From positions 381,624 through 445,623 of the forward strand of contig JBAZYG010000001.1 in NCBI GenBank assembly GCA_041659445.1: a stretch of 64,000 nt of DNA, in the 5' to 3' direction. Both the position numbers and the translations under genes were made by a program. This document shows positions 38,224 through 46,487 of this stretch, in pieces; the stretch's first letter is position 1; every line of letters starts with the position of its first letter. A model generated the notes under the pieces. That model ran no database searches. It saw only the letters and a list, made by a program, of their open reading frames with translations, and was not told where the DNA came from. Origin of the DNA: Candidatus Pacearchaeota archaeon (GTDB taxonomy: Archaea; Nanobdellota; Nanobdellia; Pacearchaeales; GW2011-AR1).

Positions 38224-38362
38224 AACGATTTCTTTAAATTGCCTCTGATTGAAATCGCAAATAATACTTAAACTCTTAAACAAAGTTGTTCAATTGCCTC
38301 TGGCAACAACAAAAAAAATTAATCACATAAATATTTTTAAATCCAAATGCAACTAAATTTTT

Positions 38363-38680
38363 ATGGAAAATATAAATGATTTAATTTTTTATAAAATAAA
38401 AAGTAAAATAATTCCAAACAGAAATCCAAAAAAACATTTTTTTATTTTAGAAAATCCCGAAGCTAAAACAGAATTAGAAGATTTTGTGCTTTCTGGACAA
38501 TTCTGCTCTCAATTTGATTTTGAAACAGATAGCTCAAACAATTTATACGGAGTTTATCTTCCAAAAGGCTCAGAATCAGGATTAATTTATTTAAAAGAAT
38601 TTAAATCAGAAATAGGTGATTTTGTTTTTATTCAGACTCCTTTAAATTATTTAGATAACTCTCTTGATTTGAAAAATTAA
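38363..38680 (+). CDS. hypothetical protein (105 aa)
   Basis: Complete ORF; no motif recognised. Confidence 0.35.
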   Translation: MENINDLIFYKIKSKIIPNRNPKKHFFILENPEAKTELEDFVLSGQFCSQFDFETDSSNNLYGVYLPKGSESGLIYLKEFKSEIGDFVFIQTPLNYLDNSLDLKN

Positions 38681-38725
38681 ATCCAAAATATTTTTATTTA
38701 CTAGATTCTTGAATAATTAATAAAA

Positions 38726-39484
38726 ATGAAAAAAATTTATTTATACGGGATTTTAATTCTTGTTTTAGTTGTAATTGCTTTGAATTATGGAAAGTTAGAT
38801 AATTTTGTAATTAAACAACTTTCTGAAAATGAAAATTATGAAACAGGAGTTGTTGAAAGAATTGTTGATGGAGACACAATAAAAATAAACAATGAAAGTG
38901 TTCGATTACTTGGAATAAATTGTCCTGAAAAAGGTGAGAAATATTATTCAGAGGCAAAAGAGTTTTTAGGAAAAGAAATCTTAAACGAATCCGTTGAAAT
39001 TCATTTTGGAGAAGATAAATATGATTTATACGGCAGAAAATTAGGTTATATATTTTACAAAAACCAAAACATAAATTCTTTAGTTGTCAAAAACGGGTTT
39101 GCAAATCCTTATTTTCCTTCAGGAAAAAATTCTTATTATCCTGAATTTTTTTCTTCTTGGAATGAATGTTTAGAGAATGAATTGAACTTGTGTGAAAAAT
39201 CACAAGACAAATGTTCAGAATGTATTATTTTAAAAGAATGGGGTACAAAAAACCAATTGGTGATTTTAAAAAATACTTGTGATTTTTCGTGTGACTTAAC
39301 AGGTTGGACAATAAAAGATGAAGGAAGGAAGAAATTCGTTTTTGAAAAAACAATTTTGGAAAAAAACTCAATTATTGAAATTTCTGCACAAGATTTTAAT
39401 GAAACTTATGTTTGGACTAGTTCTGGTGATACTATTTATATAAGAGACAACCAAGGCAAGCTTGTTTTATGGGAAAACTACTAA
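38726..39484 (+). CDS. secreted staphylococcal-nuclease (SNase/thermonuclease)-like protein with a C-terminal lamin-tail (LTD) domain
   Basis: N-terminal TM/signal; GVVERIVDGDTIKINNESVRLLGINCPEKGE...DKYDLYGRKLGYIF...NSLVVKNGFA follows the SNase pattern (DGDT, R-L-x-G-I-D-x-P-E, Y-G-R); C-terminal DLTGWTIKDEGRKKFVFEKTILEKNSIIEIS is LTD-like. Confidence 0.65.
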   Translation: MKKIYLYGILILVLVVIALNYGKLDNFVIKQLSENENYETGVVERIVDGDTIKINNESVRLLGINCPEKGEKYYSEAKEFLGKEILNESVEIHFGEDKYDLYGRKLGYIFYKNQNINSLVVKNGFANPYFPSGKNSYYPEFFSSWNECLENELNLCEKSQDKCSECIILKEWGTKNQLVILKNTCDFSCDLTGWTIKDEGRKKFVFEKTILEKNSIIEISAQDFNETYVWTSSGDTIYIRDNQGKLVLWENY

Positions 39485-39546
39485 AATGTTTTTATTCTTG
39501 CAGAGACAAAGATTTATAAAGAAAATCTCCTATAAAAAAGTATAAA

Positions 39547-41310
39547 ATGGAAGCAAAAAAATACCTTTTTCCAGTAATGATTTTATTAAGTTTATTTTTG
39601 ATTTGCTTTGTTAGTTCTGCCACAGAATTAACAATGTTTCATGTAAATTCTGTAGAAGATAATTCTAGTTTTATAGATGACTCTTATGCAATGGATATGC
39701 AAAATGATTTCTTATATATTGGGGGCAATGTTCAAGGCTTTCAAATTGTTGATGTTTCTGATTCTGCAAATCCAGTTGTAACAGGATACTTGAATACTTT
39801 AAACGGAATAATTGATTTAAAAGTCCAAGGAAATTATGTTTATGCTGTTTCTCTTACTAGTCCTAGTGACTTGAATATAATTGACATTTCTGATTCTGCA
39901 AATCCTGTAATTACAAACACAGTTACTTTAAACGGACAAGCTTCTGGAATAGATGTTGATTCTTTAGAAAGTTATGCTTATGTAGTTTATTCTGATAATT
40001 CAAATTTGGAAATAGTAAATCTTAGTGATAATTCAATAATAACTCCTTCATATGATTTAACAACAACTGCAAATGATATTTTAGTTGATGGAAATTATGC
40101 TTATGTTGTTTCAAGTGCTTCTGAATTAAAAATTTTAGATATTACTGATTTATCAAGCATTACTCAAGTTTCAATTTTAACAGATGACGGCACAACAGCA
40201 TTGAATGGGGCTTGGTCAATTTTCAAAGAAGGAAATTACTTATATATTTTATCTTCAGAGGGTTTTGAAATAATTAACGTCTCTGACCCTTTAACTCCAA
40301 CTTTAATGAAAGCAGTTTACAAAACAGATGCAATTTTAAACAACCACGATGTTAACGGAATTTTTGTAAAAAATAATATGGTCTATCTTTCATTAACCTC
40401 TCCAACACAAGGAATTGTAGAAGAAATTTCTCTTTTAGGAATCCTTACTGTTGTTCCCCCATCACAAATTTTTTTAATAATTGATTCAAGCACATCAAAT
40501 AACATTTTATTAGATACTCCTCGTGAAATAATTGTAAATGGAAATTACGCTTTTGTAACATCCTCAGATTTAATATTAACAAAAACTGGATTGGAAGTTA
40601 TAGGTATTGATGATTATACTCCTGTAATTGAAATTATTGCTCCAACTAATGCTACAACAATTTACCATAATGTTACAGCAGGTGCATTGAGTTTTGAATT
40701 TAAAGCAAAAATAACAGATGATTTTTCTGGAATAAAAAATGTAATATTTTCATTAAAAACACCAAATGGAGTGATTACAAATTATCCTTTAACTTCTCTT
40801 GGAAATGATGAATATTCTGCAATTGTTTCATTGACTGCTTATGGAACTTATGAAGCAAGTTTTGAAGCAAATGATTTTGCAACAAGAGGAAAAACAGAAT
40901 ATACTACATTTACTATATCTGAACCTGTTGTATCTTCAGGTGGTGGTGGCGGTGGTGGAGGTTCTTGTTCATATAATATAAATTATGATTGGAAATGTTC
41001 TAGTTGGGGTGAATGTGTTGATGGAACTCAAACAAGAACTTGTAATAATTTAAATAATTGTGGAAGCACTTATGGAAGACCAGACACAGAACAAACATGT
41101 ATTATTGAAATAATTCCTGAAACTGTGAACAACGCAACTGAAACAAATACTGCCGAGGGTGGAAGAGGATTAACAGGTGCAGTTATTGGTGGAACTTCAA
41201 GAGTATTTAGTTCTCCTTGGTTATACATACCGTTATTAGTTTTTGCAATTCTAATCGCTGGGTGGTTGTTGTTAGGATTATTCAGAAAGAAAGACAAAAA
41301 GAAAAAATAA
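39547..41310 (+). CDS. secreted cell-surface protein with LVIVD-like beta-propeller repeats, a Gly8 linker and a C-terminal TM anchor
   Basis: Signal peptide; recurring GNY[AVL]Y[VI][VL]S and I[IV]D[IV]SD..NP repeat units; GGGGGGGGS linker; C-terminal PWLYIPLLVFAILIAGWLLLGLF plus RKKDKKKK. Confidence 0.5.
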   Translation: MEAKKYLFPVMILLSLFLICFVSSATELTMFHVNSVEDNSSFIDDSYAMDMQNDFLYIGGNVQGFQIVDVSDSANPVVTGYLNTLNGIIDLKVQGNYVYAVSLTSPSDLNIIDISDSANPVITNTVTLNGQASGIDVDSLESYAYVVYSDNSNLEIVNLSDNSIITPSYDLTTTANDILVDGNYAYVVSSASELKILDITDLSSITQVSILTDDGTTALNGAWSIFKEGNYLYILSSEGFEIINVSDPLTPTLMKAVYKTDAILNNHDVNGIFVKNNMVYLSLTSPTQGIVEEISLLGILTVVPPSQIFLIIDSSTSNNILLDTPREIIVNGNYAFVTSSDLILTKTGLEVIGIDDYTPVIEIIAPTNATTIYHNVTAGALSFEFKAKITDDFSGIKNVIFSLKTPNGVITNYPLTSLGNDEYSAIVSLTAYGTYEASFEANDFATRGKTEYTTFTISEPVVSSGGGGGGGGSCSYNINYDWKCSSWGECVDGTQTRTCNNLNNCGSTYGRPDTEQTCIIEIIPETVNNATETNTAEGGRGLTGAVIGGTSRVFSSPWLYIPLLVFAILIAGWLLLGLFRKKDKKKK

Positions 41311-41369
41311 AAATAAATTTTCTTGATGATTATTATACTAGAACATATATATTGGAGTATATAGATTAA

Positions 41370-42131
41370 TTATTTATTTTTCAGAATTTCTTGAATCTTG
41401 TTTTTAAAATCTTCAATATTCATTTTTTTAATGTCGCTCTCCCATAACCTAATAACTTTAAATCCTTTTTCTTGTAATTCATTTGTCCTCACATTATCTA
41501 TTTCTCTACCTAAAGGATATTTGTGCCAATAATTTCCATCAACTTCTATTATTAAATTTAAATTTGAAATTAAAATATCACATTGATAACCATGCTCAAT
41601 TTCTTTTATATATTTATGAGTAATAAATTCTATATTTAATTGCTTTAAAAAATTTTGAATTTTAATTTCTGGTTTAGAATCTTTTAAAGGAAAAATTTGT
41701 TTAATCCTTTGATTTTTAATTTTTAAGATTGTCTCTTTTGAATGATGTTTTCCAAACATAGGATGTTTTTCTCCAGAAATTTCAGGAATTTTCTTTCCTT
41801 TATTCCATACATTTTCTCCTTCAAATCTTTTCTTTTGAGAAATACTCATTTTTTTTCTTACTTCTGAACTTAATAAAGTTTTCATTAAAGATATTTTTTG
41901 TTTTTCTATTGTTTCCTTAGAAGGATGCTTTCCAGTCATCCAAGAAGGTTTACCTGTTTTTTTACCTTTATTGCTGGGAACACTACCTTTCTTAAAAATA
42001 CCTTTAAATCCACTCGGAAAATATTTTTTATATTCTTCCCCTTTTAATCCTTTATTCCAAGGTATACTGCCTTTTTTGAATTCTGTTTTTGAAGAAGAAC
42101 GTTCTCCTTTCTTGAATTTAGTATCTATCAT
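41370..42131 (-). CDS. homing-endonuclease-like protein with N-terminal NUMOD3-type DNA-binding repeats and a C-terminal Vsr/DUF559-like PD-(D/E)xK nuclease domain
   Basis: Repeats FKKGSIPWNKGLKG, FKKGSVPSNKGKK, GKHPSKETIEKQKIS, GKHHSKETILKIKNQ (the G-K-H-x-S-x-E-T-x-x-K-I motif of NUMOD3); C-terminal YQCDILISNLNLIIEVDGNYWHKYP...VIRLWESDI resembles the DUF559/Vsr endonuclease core. Confidence 0.6.
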   Translation of the reverse strand: MIDTKFKKGERSSSKTEFKKGSIPWNKGLKGEEYKKYFPSGFKGIFKKGSVPSNKGKKTGKPSWMTGKHPSKETIEKQKISLMKTLLSSEVRKKMSISQKKRFEGENVWNKGKKIPEISGEKHPMFGKHHSKETILKIKNQRIKQIFPLKDSKPEIKIQNFLKQLNIEFITHKYIKEIEHGYQCDILISNLNLIIEVDGNYWHKYPLGREIDNVRTNELQEKGFKVIRLWESDIKKMNIEDFKNKIQEILKNK

Positions 42132-42241
42132 AAAGAATCAAAGAACCTTGAATTTATAATTTTTCTTAAATTTAAAATAAAACTAAACTACATCCCAACA
42201 ATCTTAATAAATAAGAAAATCTAATTTTAAATAGAATAAAA

Positions 42242-42655
42242 ATGGAACCTCAAAAAACTGAAATTTCAGGAGATAGATTGGGAGATATTGAAACTTTTGT
42301 AAGAATAAAAAGTATTCTTATTGATTTTCTGAGAGGGTATCCTGCATGGAAATATTATGGAATTTTTGAATCTTATTTTAACCCCGAAATAGCAAAGGAA
42401 ATTATTGAACAATTAAAGCAGGATGAAATCATAAAACTTTGGGAATTAGATGTAAAGGGCAAAAAAGTTATTGGTTATTCACTTACTGGTAAAGGTGCTC
42501 AACTTGCTTCTTCTTTGAGAACACATTTTGGGATAGTTAAATTAAATAAGGTCATAATTAGATTAACAAAAATATTGGGTATCCTTGCAGGAATGACAAT
42601 CCTCGTTGGTTTAGCTCAATATATTTTATTTTATACACAATTTCCTTTGTTTTAA
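42242..42655 (+). CDS. hypothetical protein with a C-terminal TM helix (137 aa)
   Basis: Complete ORF; C-terminal ILGILAGMTILVGLAQYILF. Confidence 0.4.
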   Translation: MEPQKTEISGDRLGDIETFVRIKSILIDFLRGYPAWKYYGIFESYFNPEIAKEIIEQLKQDEIIKLWELDVKGKKVIGYSLTGKGAQLASSLRTHFGIVKLNKVIIRLTKILGILAGMTILVGLAQYILFYTQFPLF

Positions 42656-42710
42656 CTTCCCCTTCTCCCAACATCGCAAAACTTAAATACTCAAAACATA
42701 TTGGTTTTTT

Positions 42711-42974
42711 GTAGACTAGATCGGCAGGTTAGCCCCCTGCTCATGTGCAAACGGGCTTTATGGCAGACTACGAGTGGAGTGTGATTGAGAAGTCAGGAAG
42801 TCTTTAATCTAACGTTGACGTTTTGTCCGCTTTGATCTTGTAGATGCAAAACGGGTCAGGCCTTGATCGGAGCAGCCCTAAACATGTATTAAGGTGCTTA
42901 GCGGGTCACAAAATCGAGAAGGATTAAGGGTAAGCTTTTTGGTTTTTCTTGAGCTGTCCACTTTGTCTACACTT
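42711..42974 (+). ncRNA. candidate signal recognition particle (7S/SRP) RNA
   Basis: About 260-nt island visibly GC-enriched relative to the AT-rich flanks and free of ORFs; contains GGGU-CAGG-CC-(uugauc)-GG-AGCA-GCCC, which reproduces the SRP helix-8 architecture (symmetric CAGG/AGCA loop, the SRP54 M-domain site, flanked by paired GGGU/GCCC and CC/GG); 5' GUAGAC and 3' GUCUAC ends are complementary. Confidence 0.55.
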
Positions 42975-42990
42975 ATTTTTTATAAGAAAA

Positions 42991-43206
42991 TTAATAGTTA
43001 TAAAAATTATTACATTGATATGGTGGAGAATAAACTCTTTTTTCTATTGGTTTAATGGGATATTGTTTGATTAATTTCATTGATTCCTCTAATTTTTTAA
43101 GTTCTTTTTCTGCTTTTTTCCATCTTTCACAATTTCCTAATTGTTTATCAAGATTTGTCATTTTATTTTCCAAAATAATCTCTTGCACAAACAAGACCAT
43201 AAACAA
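42991..43206 (-). CDS. hypothetical small ORF; possibly the 3' part of a frameshifted gene
   Basis: Overlaps the upstream ORF 43163..43372 by 44 nt in another frame. Confidence 0.2.
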   Translation of the reverse strand: MFMVLFVQEIILENKMTNLDKQLGNCERWKKAEKELKKLEESMKLIKQYPIKPIEKRVYSPPYQCNNFYNY

Positions 43207-43372
43207 TTTTGTTTTTCCAGGTTTCTGGTTTTAAATTGAACTCTAATTTTTCTCTAAAAGTCATATTTGAAGTATCTAAAGCAACTTCCAAAGAAGTTTT
43301 GTCCAAAGCTGAATTAATTGTTTTTTCGTCTTTTAATCTTCCAAGATAAAGGTATTGGTTTTTGTCTGTCAT
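43163..43372 (-). CDS. hypothetical small ORF; possibly the 5' part of a frameshifted gene
   Basis: See previous. Confidence 0.2.
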   Translation of the reverse strand: MTDKNQYLYLGRLKDEKTINSALDKTSLEVALDTSNMTFREKLEFNLKPETWKNKIVYGLVCARDYFGK

Positions 43373-43373
43373 T

Positions 43374-43838
43374 TTAACTTATTTTAATTTTTTCCAAAAA
43401 AATATTATAAAAAGAAACCAATGCATTTGATTCTTCTGTGAAAGGAAAAATTACACAAGTTCCTGCATCACACCGTCTATTTTCCCAAGTTCCTTCATAA
43501 AATTTAGTATCTTCCACTCCAAACTTCCAAATTAGATTGTAATTTAAGATAACTTCAGAGCCACCATTTTTTATTGCTTGCTTATTATATTTTTTTCTAA
43601 AATTAAAGCTTTTTTTATCATTTAATGCTCCAAAAAATTCTGCTTCTCCAAATTTATCGATTAATGTTCCTTTTAATTTTTTTCCATTTTGCTCTATAAT
43701 TTTCCCAAAGAAAATGCTACTATCTCTTCCAAGTTCATAATTCCAAAATCCATAAAAGTCGGGTTTTTCATTATTCATATTTTGAAAAACAAAATACAAT
43801 TTAAAAATATAATTATACTTCAAAATATACTTCTTCAC
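43374..43838 (-). CDS. hypothetical protein (154 aa)
   Basis: Complete ORF; no motif recognised. Confidence 0.35.
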   Translation of the reverse strand: MKKYILKYNYIFKLYFVFQNMNNEKPDFYGFWNYELGRDSSIFFGKIIEQNGKKLKGTLIDKFGEAEFFGALNDKKSFNFRKKYNKQAIKNGGSEVILNYNLIWKFGVEDTKFYEGTWENRRCDAGTCVIFPFTEESNALVSFYNIFLEKIKIS

Positions 43839-43871
43839 AATATTAATAAACTTATTTTTTGTATTTATTAT

Positions 43872-44408
43872 ATGAAAAAAAGAGGAAAGGGCGGTCAGTT
43901 TTATCTTGTTGCTGCAATGATTGTTATTGCAGTTATTATTGGAATTTCTTCAATTTCAAATTACTCAAACAAATCAAAAGCAGACAAAGAAATGAAAAAT
44001 TTTGAACAAGAATTAAACACTGAAGTTGAAAAAAATTTAGAATACATAAGTTTGAATTCTTTATCAGACAGTTCAACAAAAAATCTTTGGATAAATCTTA
44101 CAGATAACTATATTACAAAATTAGGAAAAAACAAAGAATCAATTTTTATTTTTGGAACAAAATCACAAATAACTGTCAAAGGATACAAACTGAATAATTC
44201 AAATGATTTGCAAATTAACGTCGGAAGTGGTGTTGAAAGTTTAGCAAGTTCAGAAGGAGAATTTGAAAGGGATTTTAATCCGAGTGTTGAAAACGTGACA
44301 ATTATAAAAGAAAATATTGAATATGTTTTTGATTTAAAGCAAGGACAAAATTTTTATTATCTGATTTCCAAAGAATATAATTCAGAGAGAATAATTATAA
44401 GAAACTAA
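43872..44408 (+). CDS. pilin-like protein with an archaeal class III signal peptide (start trimmed to MKKRGKGGQ)
   Basis: The track ORF starts upstream, but MKKRGKGGQFYLVAAMIVIAVIIGISS is a textbook prepilin-type N-terminus (basic residues, G, then a hydrophobic helix). Confidence 0.55.
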   Translation: MKKRGKGGQFYLVAAMIVIAVIIGISSISNYSNKSKADKEMKNFEQELNTEVEKNLEYISLNSLSDSSTKNLWINLTDNYITKLGKNKESIFIFGTKSQITVKGYKLNNSNDLQINVGSGVESLASSEGEFERDFNPSVENVTIIKENIEYVFDLKQGQNFYYLISKEYNSERIIIRN

Positions 44409-44409
44409 C

Positions 44410-44928
44410 ATGAAAAATAAAAAAGGTGTGAGCGTGATGATTGGTTATGTTTTGCTAGTTGCATTAGTAGTAGTCATGGCTGGAATAGTTTATGTTTATT
44501 TGAGAACTTATATTCCAAAAGACTTGCCTGCATGCCCTGAAGAAACTTCATTATTCATAAAAGAAAAATCTTGCTCAAACGGAATTTTAAATATAACTAT
44601 AAAAAATAATGGCAAATTCAGCGTCGGAGGTTATTATATTTATGCTTCAAATGTTTCAAGTGCAGAAATTGCAACAATAGATTTGTCAAAGCAATTAAAT
44701 TCTGGAATTGATAATCAATATACTTATTTCAATTCTGTAATTTTTAATATAAGCACTAACAATACTCTTGATCCTGGAAATGAAATTATAAATAGTTTTG
44801 ATTTAAATCAATCAATAAATTTCATTGAAATAATTCCTGCGAGGTTTGAATCACAAGGAAAAAATGTCAAATTAGTTAGTTGTGGAAATTCAAGAATAAA
44901 AGAAATTGTAACTTGCTTGATTGTATAA
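44410..44928 (+). CDS. pilin-like protein (class III signal peptide)
   Basis: MKNKKGVSVMIGYVLLVALVVVMAGIVYVYL. Confidence 0.55.
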   Translation: MKNKKGVSVMIGYVLLVALVVVMAGIVYVYLRTYIPKDLPACPEETSLFIKEKSCSNGILNITIKNNGKFSVGGYYIYASNVSSAEIATIDLSKQLNSGIDNQYTYFNSVIFNISTNNTLDPGNEIINSFDLNQSINFIEIIPARFESQGKNVKLVSCGNSRIKEIVTCLIV

Positions 44929-44959
44929 TATTTAAAAATATAGAAGATTTAGAATAAAA

Positions 44960-45418
44960 ATGAACAAAAGAGGTTTGTCATCAGTTATTGCAACAATGCT
45001 TTTAATTACAATAACAATTGTCATTGCATTAATTGTATTTTTATGGTTTAGAGGAATTCAAGAAGAAGCAATTACAAAATTCGACGGAGTTAATGTAAAA
45101 GTAATCTGCGATGAAGTTCAATTTGATGCAGATTATTCTAATGGAGCAATGTATATTGTTAATACAGGAGATGTTCCAATTTATAAAATGGAAATAAAAG
45201 AAGTTGGTGAAGGATATTATGAAACACAAACTCTTGAAAATAATTGGCCAGAATTAGGATTGACACAAGGTGGAGCTTTTCAAGGAAATTATGCTCCTTT
45301 AGGTGAATCTTATTCTATAGAAAGAATTGTTTTAATTCCTGTTTTAATTGGCCACACTGAACAAGGAGATACAATCTATACATGCGATGAAAAAAATGGT
45401 TATGAAATAATTTTATAA
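44960..45418 (+). CDS. pilin-like protein (class III signal peptide)
   Basis: MNKRGLSSVIATMLLITITIVIALIVFLWF. Confidence 0.6.
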   Translation: MNKRGLSSVIATMLLITITIVIALIVFLWFRGIQEEAITKFDGVNVKVICDEVQFDADYSNGAMYIVNTGDVPIYKMEIKEVGEGYYETQTLENNWPELGLTQGGAFQGNYAPLGESYSIERIVLIPVLIGHTEQGDTIYTCDEKNGYEIIL

Positions 45419-45419
45419 A

Positions 45420-45914
45420 ATGAAAAATAAAAAGGCATTATCTCAAGTTGTTTCAATAATGATCATTCTTCTTTTAGTTTTTGCTGTTGGTGGAATTGTT
45501 TTTGTTTTTGTAAAAAATTTTGCAAATAAAAACCTCAATAAAACAAGTTCTTGTTACAACATTTACGAAAAAATTACATTAAATAATGATTTTACTTGTT
45601 ATAATTCAACTGGGCAATATGTTCAATTTTCAATTTCTAGAAAAGAAATAGAATTAGACTCTTTAATAATTTCAATCACATTCGAGGAAAATTCAAAAAC
45701 TTATTCTTTGACAAATCTTTCACAAAATGTTAGTGGATTAAGTTCTTCTCTAAATGGTGAATTTGCTGTCAATCTTCCTGGAGAAAATAGTGGAAAACCA
45801 TATTATGCAACAAACATTACTGAGCAACCTTTAACAATTGAAATTGCTCCAATAATTAACAATCATAATTGCAACAAGATTGACGAAATTTTAGATATTC
45901 CTATTTGTTTTTGA
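45420..45914 (+). CDS. pilin-like protein (class III signal peptide)
   Basis: MKNKKALSQVVSIMIILLLVFAVGGIVFVFV. Confidence 0.55.
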   Translation: MKNKKALSQVVSIMIILLLVFAVGGIVFVFVKNFANKNLNKTSSCYNIYEKITLNNDFTCYNSTGQYVQFSISRKEIELDSLIISITFEENSKTYSLTNLSQNVSGLSSSLNGEFAVNLPGENSGKPYYATNITEQPLTIEIAPIINNHNCNKIDEILDIPICF

Positions 45915-45961
45915 ATATTAAACATTAACTATTTAAATAAAAAATAATTCTTTATTAGGAG

Positions 45962-46486
45962 ATGGTGATAACAAAAAAAGCACAAGTTTGGATTGAAACA
46001 GTAACTTATATTTTAATTGCATTTGCATTAATTGGTTTAATTTTAGCATTTGCAAGACCAAAAATTCAGGAATACCAAGACAAATCAATTCTAGAGCAGT
46101 CATCAAAAATGATGAAAGTCTTAGACGAAACAATAAGAGAAGTTGGTAATGAAGCTGTTGGAAATAAAAGAAATATTGATTTAAGAGTTCGAAAAGGAAC
46201 TTTGGAAATTAATCCGCAAAATAATACTCTGACTTTTATTATGGATAGTAAATATATTTATAGCGAATTGGGAAAAACAATATCTGAAGAAAATTTATTT
46301 GTTACAACAACTGCTAAAGGAAAGTTTAATGAAGTTAAAATGTATTTAAATTACACTGGAGAATATGACTTACTTCAAAATAATTTAACAGAAACAAAAA
46401 TACTTACAACATCGTCAACAGATTATGATTTATATATTTCAAACAAAGGAGGTTCACCAATACAAATAGATATTGAAATAGATTAA
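45962..46486 (+). CDS. pilus/archaellum accessory protein with an N-terminal TM anchor (FlaF/FlaG-like position)
   Basis: VWIETVTYILIAFALIGLILAFA then a soluble beta-rich domain; sits immediately upstream of the ATPase. Confidence 0.4.
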   Translation: MVITKKAQVWIETVTYILIAFALIGLILAFARPKIQEYQDKSILEQSSKMMKVLDETIREVGNEAVGNKRNIDLRVRKGTLEINPQNNTLTFIMDSKYIYSELGKTISEENLFVTTTAKGKFNEVKMYLNYTGEYDLLQNNLTETKILTTSSTDYDLYISNKGGSPIQIDIEID

Positions 46487-46487
46487 A

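Noticed and set aside
37933-38283. ORFs 37933..38283 (-) and 38047..38271 (+) covering the tRNA-Leu region
   Set aside because: They overlap the tRNA gene and its repeat scar on both strands; translations include the repeat-encoded peptides (ITHRLRETLN twice); non-coding RNA/repeat region, not protein-coding
40935-40962. ggtggtggtggcggtggtggagg simple repeat
   Set aside because: Encodes a Gly8-Ser linker inside a surface-protein gene; not a CRISPR or satellite repeat
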